DNA of 64,000 bases from an uncultured Chloroflexia bacterium (lineage in GTDB: Bacteria; Chloroflexota; Chloroflexia; QHBQ01; JADMIH01): positions 256,001 to 320,000 of the forward strand of contig CAWCNY010000002.1 in assembly GCA_963797095.1 (NCBI GenBank), in the 5' to 3' direction. Below are positions 46,923-56,520 of the stretch, in pieces; position 1 is the first letter of the stretch; each line of letters starts with the position of its first letter. The position numbers and the translations under genes were made by a program. The notes beneath the pieces are model-generated. The model made no database searches and had not been told where the DNA came from. It saw only the letters and a program-made list of their open reading frames with translations.

Positions 46923-47261
46923 ATGGCCGAAACAAGTACAGTAGAGAGCGTAATAGAGAGCAACTTTGAGAGCGTGGTGCTCGCATCCGAGACACCTGTA
47001 GTCGTCGATTTCTGGGCACCCTGGTGCGGGCCGTGCCGCATGGTCAGCCCTATAGTGGAAGAACTGAGTCATGAGTATGGCGATTCAGTGCGCTTCACCA
47101 AAATGAACACCGACGAGAACGAAAACACCATGATCGAATACGGTATCACCAGCATCCCCACCCTTATCATCTTCAAGGATGGTCTCGAAGTGAACCGCCT
47201 CGTGGGCTTCGCCCCCAAAGACCAGCTAAGGCGGCAAATCGACCGCTCACTGTCTGCCTAG
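46923..47261 (+). CDS. trxA: Thioredoxin
   Basis: DFWAPWCGPC; SIPT. Confidence 0.96.
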   Translation: MAETSTVESVIESNFESVVLASETPVVVDFWAPWCGPCRMVSPIVEELSHEYGDSVRFTKMNTDENENTMIEYGITSIPTLIIFKDGLEVNRLVGFAPKDQLRRQIDRSLSA

Positions 47262-47275
47262 CCCTTATCCCAAAA

Positions 47276-47321
47276 GTGGAAAACAAGAAGGGACCGCCAG
47301 GCGGTCCCTTCTTGTTTTCCA
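47276..47321. terminator. Bidirectional terminator
   Basis: AACAAGAAGGGACCGCC / GGCGGTCCCTTCTTGTT hairpin. Confidence 0.85.
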
Positions 47322-47332
47322 CGTTGCTCCCG

Positions 47333-48277
47333 CTAATCCGTAGCAGGTTTAGCCTTCCCCTTCGCCTTGGCGTACATCACAGGTGGCCTCCCTTTGAGCG
47401 CGATCGAGATCGCCTTGCGAAACGGCGTCCGCTCAAACCCACCGATCTCCGCCAGCCGCTCGTCCTTAGTGCTGCTGCCCCCGATAAGCATATCAACCTG
47501 GTCCCTGGTGATCAACTTAGGCATCACCGCCTCGATAAGCGGCACCACGGGCCGCACCAGCGCCAGCGGCGCGTGAAACAGCCACCCCTTCTTGCCCCGC
47601 GCCTCCACAGTCCTTCTTAGCATCTCGTTGAACTCGAAAGTCTCAGGCCCCCCGATCTCGAATGTCTGGTTGGTGTACCGGTCGTCATCAAGCGCCTGCG
47701 CATAATACCGTGCCATATCGCGCACGTACAGCGGCTGCACCGGGTAATTGCCCGATCCGAGCACAGGCACCACAGGCAGCATCGTCAACTGCTTGAGCAG
47801 GCCCACGAACTCTCCCCCAGGCCCGATCAGGAACGACGGGCGAAATATCACATACGGGATCTCGCTCTCCTTGACCGCCTTCTCGCCCCGTACCTTATTC
47901 TCAAAATACCCCGTCGGTATACTGCTCGCGCCAAGCGCGCTCATAAACAGGATGCGCTTCACCCCCGCTTCCTGGGCGGCCTTCACCATATTCTCCGCGC
48001 CCTCGCCCATCACCCGGTCGAAAGTCTGCCCCTTGCTGCGTACCTCCCGGATGATCGCCGTCAGGTGGACCACCTTGTCCACCCCCTCCATAGCGCGCCG
48101 CACCTCGTCCAGGTCCGTCACATTCCCTTCCGCCGTGTCGTACCCCAGTGCCTTCAACCTATCCAGGCTCTCCCTATCGCGGGACATTACCCTTATCTCG
48201 TTGCGCGGCATCTTCCCGTCCAGCGCTTCAAGGATGTACCCACCCACGAAGCCTGTGCCGCCGATTATCAATAACAT
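47333..48277 (-). CDS. NAD-dependent epimerase/dehydratase (NDUFA9-like)
   Basis: GGTGFVG, SALG, Y...K, RPS and QP motifs. Confidence 0.88.
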   Translation of the reverse strand: MLLIIGGTGFVGGYILEALDGKMPRNEIRVMSRDRESLDRLKALGYDTAEGNVTDLDEVRRAMEGVDKVVHLTAIIREVRSKGQTFDRVMGEGAENMVKAAQEAGVKRILFMSALGASSIPTGYFENKVRGEKAVKESEIPYVIFRPSFLIGPGGEFVGLLKQLTMLPVVPVLGSGNYPVQPLYVRDMARYYAQALDDDRYTNQTFEIGGPETFEFNEMLRRTVEARGKKGWLFHAPLALVRPVVPLIEAVMPKLITRDQVDMLIGGSSTKDERLAEIGGFERTPFRKAISIALKGRPPVMYAKAKGKAKPATD

Positions 48278-48292
48278 CTCTTTACCTCTCAC

Positions 48293-50308
48293 TCAATCCT
48301 TGATAACCAATCCTCGCCACCCCAGCCACACCAGCAGCGCCCCCAGCACCACGATTGGCAATCCCAGCGCCAGCATACTCTTGCGCCCCATTCCCGTCTC
48401 AGGCATATACACCATCCATAGGTCGGCGAAATGGTGCGTGCCCGGATCGTAGTACCATCGCGGCTGCGGGTAGTAGGGCGGTGCGGGCATCGCCTCGACA
48501 AGATCGTTCCTGAAGACATGCCCCGCCCACTCCACGGTTACGCTCTCCGGTTTCACACCCAGGTCCTCGTCACGTCCCCCATCTTGCACCGTCGAAGGGT
48601 TCCAGGTGTCCGACTGTATTGTTACGCTGGTCGGGCGATCCTGGATTGAAAAGGTGTAATCGGTGCTCACCGGCTGGTTCGGTACGGGCGCTGTGTTCAC
48701 CCGCACGGGCGCGCCGTCCACCAGTATAGTGACAGTAGCGCGCTGCATCTCAGGCGGCCTGTGGTCCGACAACCTCAGTGTAACATTGAACACCGGAATA
48801 ACGTCTATCTCAGGCCGTATCTGCATCACTCCCATGCCCGTCGTCCACCGGGGCAGCGCCTCCCCCCGCACCTTATCCCCCTCGCTATACGAAAAACCCC
48901 TTTCAAAAAGTGTCACCCCAGCCCCAGGCTAAATCCTCTCCGCCCATTCCTCCACCCTCTGCGTAAGCAAAGTCAAGTGCCCCAGGATGGGCGACGAAGA
49001 AGGCACCCAATGCCGCGCCCCATCGTCGTTCACCACGTTGATGTAAGTATCAAAATTGACCACCGCCCCCAGAAAGTTCACCAGCAACCCCAACGCCAGC
49101 ACGCTAGCAATCGCTACGCGAGACGAAGGACGCCCCGTGATATTAACCGATAAGCTACCTTCGTCCACCGTCCTTCGTCCTCCGTCGAACACCTCCATCA
49201 CCGGCAGCAACACCAAAGGCAGCACAGGGATCAAATAGCGCGGCCCCCACGAGTCGTCCCCGTGCCAGAACGAATAGATGCTGAACAGCCAGATCACCGG
49301 CACCGTTGCCGTAACAATGAAAGCGGTCTCAGCCCGGTGCGCGGCAGCGAACCGAGGCCACCACCACAGCGTCAGCACCACAGGCAGCGCGAACCACACC
49401 AACCCTTTGCCCGGCGACAGCAACAGCCCGAACGCCCCATCGAACCACGGATAAGTGAGCGTGTTCGTGGGGTCAAGCCCGTACCCCGTAGTGAACGGCG
49501 ACCCAAAAACGAGTCGGTTGTATATCAGCAATGGCACCAGGCAAATTACAAGCCCCGGCGCCCACCACGCCCCTCGCCTCACCGCCAATCGAAGGAAACC
49601 ACCCCGTGCATCCGCCCTCGACCCTTCCCAGCTCCGCCACCCTAGATAAACAAAGAACGCGGGCACCATCACCACATACTGCACATTCGTCGCGATAGCC
49701 AGCGCCACCAGCGCCCCCGCCACCACCCCACGCCACGGCTTGCCTCCATCCCCGTCCTTCACCAGCAAATAGAACGCCCCAAGCAGAGCCAGCGTCGTCA
49801 GCGGCTCCGAAAAGAACGTCCTGCTGTGCGGCCACAAAAACGTGCAGAACCCAAGCGCCAGCGCCCCCACCAGGCTAGCCCTGCGTGAATACCCAAGCGC
49901 CAGCCCCAACACCCCGAACAATGCCACGATCCCCGCCCCGATCAGCGCGTTATACGACCCCAATACCAGCCGCAACGGGTACCCCGCCTGGTCCTTAGGG
50001 AACAGCCCTCCCACCAGATCCCCCACAGCCACCCACGGCACCGCCGCCAGCGACTGCCCCGGCCCGTACTGGCTGTACATCCGCCCGTCAGCGCCCTTTA
50101 CCTGCACCAGCGACCCGCTGGCGGGCATCGCCCACGTCCCCTGCTCTACCAGCGACCGCGATGCCGCCAGCATAGTCTCCTCGTCGGGTGAGTAAGTGTG
50201 CCCCGACATGGTGAGCAGGTAAATGCCCAGCATAAACATCAACAACCCCGGCCCCCACCCCGGCCCGGGCATCTTCTCTATCCATTTACTCCGTATAGCG
50301 GTAGTCAT
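48293..50308 (-). pseudogene. GT-C-type membrane glycosyltransferase-like gene interrupted by an in-frame TAG at 48931-48929
   Basis: SPDE, FFSEP, LLSPGKG and WGPRYL motifs; after ...AERI-TAG the same frame continues PGAGVTLFERG to the stop at 48293. Confidence 0.7.
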
Positions 50309-50363
50309 GGCTGCTGTAGAGTATACAGCCTCTACAGGTGCATGTGTTATCTATTCCCACCCA

Positions 50364-52157
50364 TTACGAGCAGCCCTTGCTCGCCAGCAACTCCTTCCCC
50401 ATCAACCCCAATTCCACCTCATACGGGGTGCCCGCGTTCTCAGGGTGCAACTCAAATCGCGTGCGCTCGAAATACTGCACCGTGTACGGCTTGCCATCGG
50501 CCTGGCTTATCTCCACCACCTGCCCCGACAACGGGTACCCGAAGTTGATCAGCCCGTTGTGCGCCTGCCAGTACTCGCCGATCGGGCCCGATATCGCTTG
50601 CCCTGTCTCAGGGAAATAGACCGCATCCTTCGGAAGAGTTTGTGGATCCACCGGAGAATACCCCTCCCCACCGGTACGCGCATCAATACGGTCAGCCCCC
50701 AGCCGCGTAAGCTGTATCTGGAACTTCAACTTCGTCTGGTTGTCCAGCTTATCCCAATCGGGTATCGTCTTAGCGTACTCAGGGTGATACTCAAATCGCG
50801 CCCGCTCGAAATACTGCACCCAGTAATTCCCCTCAAGCCTCTGCTCGGTCAATGGATACCCGAATATCTCCACCCCGCCGAAGCTTTTCCAGTAGCTCTG
50901 GAACAGCCCGTTTAAATAGTGCCCGGTCTCAGGCACATAAAGCGGCGGTATCCAATTTGGGTCGGTCGGCGTGGGCGTGGGCGACTGCCTGGTTAGCGGC
51001 AAATTGCTCTCCGTCCTGCTCGGCAGCGAGGGTGCTCCCGCGCTCGTCCCTGCTCCCGGCCACCCGTCGCGGAACAGCAGCATGGCAGGCTTCCAGCTAC
51101 CGTCTCGCCTCAGTAGCCCATAGTAATCCTCGAACAACTCCTTGCCCGACCCCAGCGAGATCCCTGGCGGCAGATCCCATAACTGCCAGTTCATCACCCC
51201 AGCTATATCTTCCCCGTTCGCCCCCTCCACCATAAGCTTGTAGAGCAATTCCTGCTGGCTCTCCGTGTAAACAGGGCCGGTACACGCTGGGCCTGTCGGC
51301 CAACCCGTCTCTTGCAGCACAATCGGCTTGTCCGAATGGAGCTTGATGTATTTGATCTGCCAGTCTATATTCCCCGCGTTGTAGCTGTGGAAGCTCAGAA
51401 AGTCGCTCAGATCGGCGGGCGCAAGCCCCCTCGCCGCCTCGTCAGGGTACGGAGGCCCCGTGTCATCCGCCGTAAACAGCCCATCGTACTGCGACATCCC
51501 CACCGTGATCGGGTGGTTAGCATCCAATCGCCTGATCTCCCCCTCCACCGTAGCCATCCACGCGATAAACTCGCGCTGCTTATCGTTGTCGCGCCAGCTT
51601 TCGTACTGGTCCGGCTCGTTGTGCAGGTCCCACGCCAGCACCCTATCGTCCGTCGCGAACGCACTCACTATTGCATCAACATACAGCTTATTGCGCCGCT
51701 CGGCCTCTGCCTGCGGCAGCGTCTCTTTGCCGGGATCATAGAAGTCGAACAGCGCCATGATCACCTTCATGTCCATCTCGCCCGCGATCTGCACCATCTG
51801 GCGCAACTCGTTGAGGTAGACCGGCACCACTTCCCCCGTATCCTTATCGGTCCACCCCGTCGCAGGACTATAGGGCACCAGCACCCGCACCGAGTTCACC
51901 CCGATCTCTTTGGCCCTAGCAAGATCACTCCTGGCCGCTGCCCCATCCCACTGGCTCCACATATAGGCCCACGGTTGATCTTTGGGATAAAAGTTCACTC
52001 CCTTCAGCTTGATCGGCTGCCCGTCAAACACAAGCTGATCGTCCTGCACAGTAACAAAATCGCCTGCACTTTGCGCGGGGGCTAATCGCGTGGAAAGGAA
52101 GAAGCACGCGCAAGCCAGCAGAACAACACCTGCCAGCGCGACACCACGAATACGCAT
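50364..52157 (-). CDS. Secreted GH5/clan-A glycoside hydrolase with Chloroflexi-type cell-surface repeats
   Basis: GVNFYP, WDLHNEP, SFHSY, LQETG; two YxPETG...QYFER.RFE.HPE repeats. Confidence 0.85.
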   Translation of the reverse strand: MRIRGVALAGVVLLACACFFLSTRLAPAQSAGDFVTVQDDQLVFDGQPIKLKGVNFYPKDQPWAYMWSQWDGAAARSDLARAKEIGVNSVRVLVPYSPATGWTDKDTGEVVPVYLNELRQMVQIAGEMDMKVIMALFDFYDPGKETLPQAEAERRNKLYVDAIVSAFATDDRVLAWDLHNEPDQYESWRDNDKQREFIAWMATVEGEIRRLDANHPITVGMSQYDGLFTADDTGPPYPDEAARGLAPADLSDFLSFHSYNAGNIDWQIKYIKLHSDKPIVLQETGWPTGPACTGPVYTESQQELLYKLMVEGANGEDIAGVMNWQLWDLPPGISLGSGKELFEDYYGLLRRDGSWKPAMLLFRDGWPGAGTSAGAPSLPSRTESNLPLTRQSPTPTPTDPNWIPPLYVPETGHYLNGLFQSYWKSFGGVEIFGYPLTEQRLEGNYWVQYFERARFEYHPEYAKTIPDWDKLDNQTKLKFQIQLTRLGADRIDARTGGEGYSPVDPQTLPKDAVYFPETGQAISGPIGEYWQAHNGLINFGYPLSGQVVEISQADGKPYTVQYFERTRFELHPENAGTPYEVELGLMGKELLASKGCS

Positions 52158-52319
52158 CAAATAACCGCTTTCTAGGCTGAATCTCTACCCTTCAAGAATA
52201 CCAACGAGCCATACCCCTGTCCAGATGCAGACCTGACTGCCCCATTTGTTTGGTGCCTTCATCACTTGCCCGATCTCTCCCAACGCGAGCACCCACACGG
52301 AACAACTCCCACATCTCGA

Positions 52320-53648
52320 TCACCTGCCCAGCGCGGTCAAATACGCCCCCTCAACCCTCTCGCTCAACCTCTCCCAATTAAACTCCTCCCACACCCTCCT
52401 TCTGGCCCTCTCCCCCAACCTCCCCCGTCTCTCGGCGTCGGCCAGCAGCCACGACACCGCTGAGGCCATACCCCCCAGGTCGCCAGGCGTCACCAGCACT
52501 CCCGCGTCCCCCACGAACTGTGCTGCTTCTCCTACCCTGTGCGCCACCACAGGCAATCCCATCACCATCGGCTCCAGCACCTTCATGGGGCTTTTCGCCC
52601 TGTTCAACAAAGTATCCCGCATAGGGTAGATACACACATCCGCCAGCGACAAATAAGCGGGCAACTTCTCCCCCCAAACATACCCCGCTATTACCACACT
52701 ATCCCCGATCCCCATGCGCCCCGCCTGCTCCCGAAATGCCTCCTCCTCCCCCGCGAAGCCCTTCCCGATCACCAGCAACTTTGCCGCCGGGTGCTCTGCA
52801 AGCACCAGCTTCATAACTGCCAGCGGCCACCTGACCGGAAAAACATCGAACCGCGTATAGAGCAACACCACCGGCCCATCCCCCACTCCCAACTCGGCCC
52901 GAAGCGCCCCCTGTTCACTCTCCCACCGCCTTTCCCCCCACGATGCATACTTATCCTGCCATACCCCATTCGGCACGTAGCTAACCCGCGCCCTCCCAAT
53001 ACCCATATTCCACGCCCTGGCCTCCAGCGTCTTGCTCGCCGCCGTAACCGCCCCCGCCAAACGTGGCAACAACGCTTCCATCGCCATGATGCTCAACCGC
53101 TCAGTCCCCGAATACCGGTTCACATCGGCCCAACCCCCCGGCCCCTCCCAGTCGTCCACGTCCAGCACCCACGGCACCCGCAAACCCGCAAGCGCCAGCC
53201 CCGCCAGCCCCGTATACCCTACCGGCTTGAACGCATGCACCACCTCGGCGCGAAAGCTCTCCAACTCCCGCTCCGCGCCACCCCGCGCTCCCGACCCCAC
53301 TCTTCCGGGCCACAACGCCTCCCCCACCAGCCCCATCGTCAAAGCAACACTGTCCGGCACCCTCCTGGGCAAACTCAGCGTAACCGTATGCACGCCCGCA
53401 ACTCCACCCCCCTCCCGCGAAGCAGCGCGAAGCGCTCCCTGCGAAGCAGCGCGAAGCGCTCCCTGCGAAGCAGCCCACGCGCTACCGGATCGGCCCTCCC
53501 CCCTCCCCACCGAAGGATCATCCCACGGCGGAACAATCACCCGCACCAAATGCCCGCGCTCCGCCAAAGCATGCGCCATAGGCAAAATACGCGCCTGTAC
53601 AGTCCCCTTAGGCCGCACCCCAAACGGCGCAAGCAAAGCAATCCTCAT
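52320..53648 (-). CDS. GT4 glycosyltransferase
   Basis: MRI start, GH.V.V, VPNG and KSPMKVLEPMVMGLPVV motifs. Confidence 0.88.
   Translation of the reverse strand: MRIALLAPFGVRPKGTVQARILPMAHALAERGHLVRVIVPPWDDPSVGRGEGRSGSAWAASQGALRAASQGALRAASREGGGVAGVHTVTLSLPRRVPDSVALTMGLVGEALWPGRVGSGARGGAERELESFRAEVVHAFKPVGYTGLAGLALAGLRVPWVLDVDDWEGPGGWADVNRYSGTERLSIMAMEALLPRLAGAVTAASKTLEARAWNMGIGRARVSYVPNGVWQDKYASWGERRWESEQGALRAELGVGDGPVVLLYTRFDVFPVRWPLAVMKLVLAEHPAAKLLVIGKGFAGEEEAFREQAGRMGIGDSVVIAGYVWGEKLPAYLSLADVCIYPMRDTLLNRAKSPMKVLEPMVMGLPVVAHRVGEAAQFVGDAGVLVTPGDLGGMASAVSWLLADAERRGRLGERARRRVWEEFNWERLSERVEGAYLTALGR
53417..53474. repeat. 24-bp tandem repeat (2.4 copies) inside the GT4 gene
   Basis: GCGAAGCAGCGCGAAGCGCTCCCT at 53417 and 53441, partial at 53465. 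Confidence 0.85.
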
Positions 53649-53741
53649 ACCGACATTATAACGGACACCAGGCCCCCCATTCCCACCCCGAACTCCGAAC
53701 CCCGCACTCGTCACTCGCCAAAAGACCATACCAATGGCTAC

Positions 53742-53770
53742 TTGTAATCGCAGAACAAGTGTGCTAAGAT
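53742..53770 (+). promoter_or_regulatory. Promoter with LexA-like box in spacer
   Basis: TTGTAA-N17-TAAGAT; GAACAAGTGTGC at 53753-53764. Confidence 0.55.
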
Positions 53771-54558
53771 CCAGAGTAAGAAGTACTTTCAACCTCCGAG
53801 CCGCGCAGCATGGAGGACATAGAGACAAGACTGGTGTCCCTATGCAGCTTTGCGTTTTGTACCTTTACAAACCACATAAACCATCGCTACTACCAGCACT
53901 TTACAAACCAAGAGAATGGTCAGCCAGAAGTCGATGGCTCTCTCAACGCCATCCCACCGCTCCGGTCTCCCACCTCCGGCCCCTAACGGGACCAACACGG
54001 AGCAGTAATCCAGTGTGCATTCGTGTCACACCCTCTAAAGGCAAGAGGAACCCTGCGCCACAAGTACCAGTTGCGCCACAGGGACACCATCCCAAAAGCC
54101 AACCCAACCGTGCCCAACTAACGATGACCCACAAGCAAACGAACCAGGAAACGCCCTGCCATCCTGAGCGAAGGATCTCGCTCTAAAAGATCGCACTTTG
54201 GCAACCAACCAACCCACAGAGTGCCCACACCAAGCAAGATCCCCCCACCGCAAAAGTCAAGATGAGTTTCCAGCAAGGCCATCCTTAGCGAAGCACAATA
54301 ACCAACAACCAGACAGAAAAGGAAGAGGGTGCATAAGGGCCCAAAACCCCTATGCACCCTCTTCCCCATACCCACCAATCGACACTCCGCACTCCGCACT
54401 CCGCACTCCCCACTCCCCACTCCCCACTACAAAAACCTTCGTGCCCTTCGCCAACTCTTCGTCCCTTCGTGTACAAAAACCCCAAATAAGCAGTACGCAG
54501 TACGAAATACCAAACCCCCCACCAGACGATCATCCCAGGAGATGCTATACTTGATACC

Positions 54559-56410
54559 ATGTCTACCCCTGCACCCGAACCGGCACCCAAGCAAACCTAC
54601 ACCCAACGCGCCCAACGCTTTCAATCCGAGCGCGACACCCTCGACGCCCGTTGGAACCTCATCGGCAACATCCGCCTCTTCACTTTCCTCCTGGCCGCCG
54701 TAGCCCTCATCTGGGGCTTCTGGGCCAACATACCACCCATGTGGATCCTGGGCCTCGTCCTCCTCGCCGCCTTCTTCGCTCTCGTCTGGTATCACAACCG
54801 CATTGGAGCCGCCCGCCGCCGCGCCGAAGAACTCTACCGTATCAACAACGAAGCCATCATGCGCTCCGAAAAGCGCTGGGACAATCTCCCCCTCCACCAT
54901 ACCGTCCACATTCCTCCCGACGACCCCTACGCCCACGACCTCAACGTCTTCGGCCACGCCTCCCTCTTCCAGCTACTCGACATCGCAGGCACCCTCACGG
55001 GCGAGCGCACCCTTGCCCACTGGCTCTCCTCCCGCGCCGCCCCCGACGTGCTACGCGAGCGCCAGGCCGCAGTACGCGAGCTAGCCCCCATGATCGACCT
55101 GCGCGATGAGCTTTACCTGCGCGGCAGGCTCATGAGCCTCAACGACGAGAAGCCCGATCCCGCCCCTTTCCTGCGCTGGACCACCTCCCCACCCTGGCTG
55201 CCCTCCCGCCGCTGGCTGCTTCCCCTCTCCTACTTCAGCGTCGCCCTATTCTGGGTTCTCGCCTTTGCTCATGCCTTCGGCCTCGTAGCCTACCCCTACT
55301 GGTTCCTCGTAGCCGCCGTCAACTTCCTTCTCTCACTCACTACGGGCCGCGAGATCTACCGCATAATCGCCCAGGTAAATACGGGTGAGCGCGGCTTCAA
55401 ACAATACGCCGAGGCTTTCCATATCATCTCTTCCGCCCACTTCGAGTCGCCTGCCCTTCGCCGCTTGCAGACCATCCTTTCCGGTGGCGGCACTCCCGCC
55501 CACGAAGCCATCCGCCGCCTGCAACGCCTGGTCAACTTCACCATCCCACCCGGCGCCCAACTCTACTTCCCCCTCCAGGCGATCACCCTCTGGGATGTCC
55601 ATCTCCTTGCTGCGCTTGAACACTGGAAAGCCCGCTACGGCAAGAACGCTTCTTCCTGGATCGATACCCTCGGCGAGGCTGAGGCGCTATCTTCCCTCGC
55701 CTCTCTTTGCCATGCTAACCCTGCCTGGGCCTTCCCCACGGTAGACCCCTCCCTCGACCGCCTCGATGCCGCCTCCCTCGGTCACCCCCTTCTCCCCGCC
55801 GACGTGCGCGTTGACAACGATGTGACGGTAGGCCCACGCGGTACCTTCCTCATGGTCACAGGCTCCAATATGTCGGGCAAAAGCACCCTTTTGCGCGCCA
55901 TCGGCACTAACATCATCCTTGCCCAGGCGGGTGCCCCCGTCTGTGCAGCGAGCCTCTCCATGCCCCCTGTAGTGCTCTGGACTACCATGCGCGTCGAGGA
56001 CTCCTTGCTGCGTGGCGTCTCCTACTTCATGGCCGAGCTACAGCGTCTCAAGCAGGTGGTAGAGGCCGCCCGCCAGGCCCATGAAGCGGGCGACGCCCCC
56101 CTCTTCTACCTCCTGGATGAGAATCCTTCAAGGCACCAACACAGCCGAGCGCCAGATAGCCGCCCGCCGTGTAATCCTCTATCTCGTGGAAATGGGAGCT
56201 TTGGGGGCTGTCTCCACTCACGACCTCACCCTGGCCGACTCCCCAGACCTTGCCCAGACCGCCCGCATGGTCCACTTCACAGAGCAGGTCCACAGCGGCA
56301 ACGGCGCAATCACTCCTCAGATGCACTTCGACTACAAGCTCCGCCCAGGCATAGCCACCTCCACCAACGCCCTGAAGCTGATGGACATAGTATTCGGGAG
56401 TAGTCGGTAG
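54559..56410 (+). pseudogene. Membrane-anchored MutS-related ATPase (domain V), +1 frameshift near 56122
   Basis: TGSNMSGKST, DSL..GVSYFMAEL, LLDE; removing one A from GATGAGAATCCTT gives DEILQGTN...STHD. Confidence 0.8.
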
Positions 56411-56520
56411 TCGGTAGTCGGTAGTCGGTAGTCGGAGGGGATACTGGCGACGAGTGACGAATGGCGAGTGACGAGTATTTAGCCATAAGATCCGACTACC
56501 GACTACCGACTACCAGCTAC
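56400..56520. repeat. Opposed heptamer arrays (GTAGTCG)n / (GACGAGT)n / (CGACTAC)n
   Basis: About 5 GTAGTCG units face about 4 complementary CGACTAC-like units between convergent genes. Confidence 0.85.

Noticed and set aside
48929-48931. Pyrrolysine or amber recoding
   Set aside because: Many genes here end normally in TAG (corA, lexA, trxA) and no pyl genes are present.
53734-54703. Several 60-150-aa ORFs between GT4 and the MutS-like gene
   Set aside because: They run through heptamer and REP debris and show no recognisable motifs, so they are not called as CDS.
4204-56520. CRISPR array among the many repeats
   Set aside because: All repeats are contiguous tandem units or palindromes without unique spacers, and no cas genes are present.
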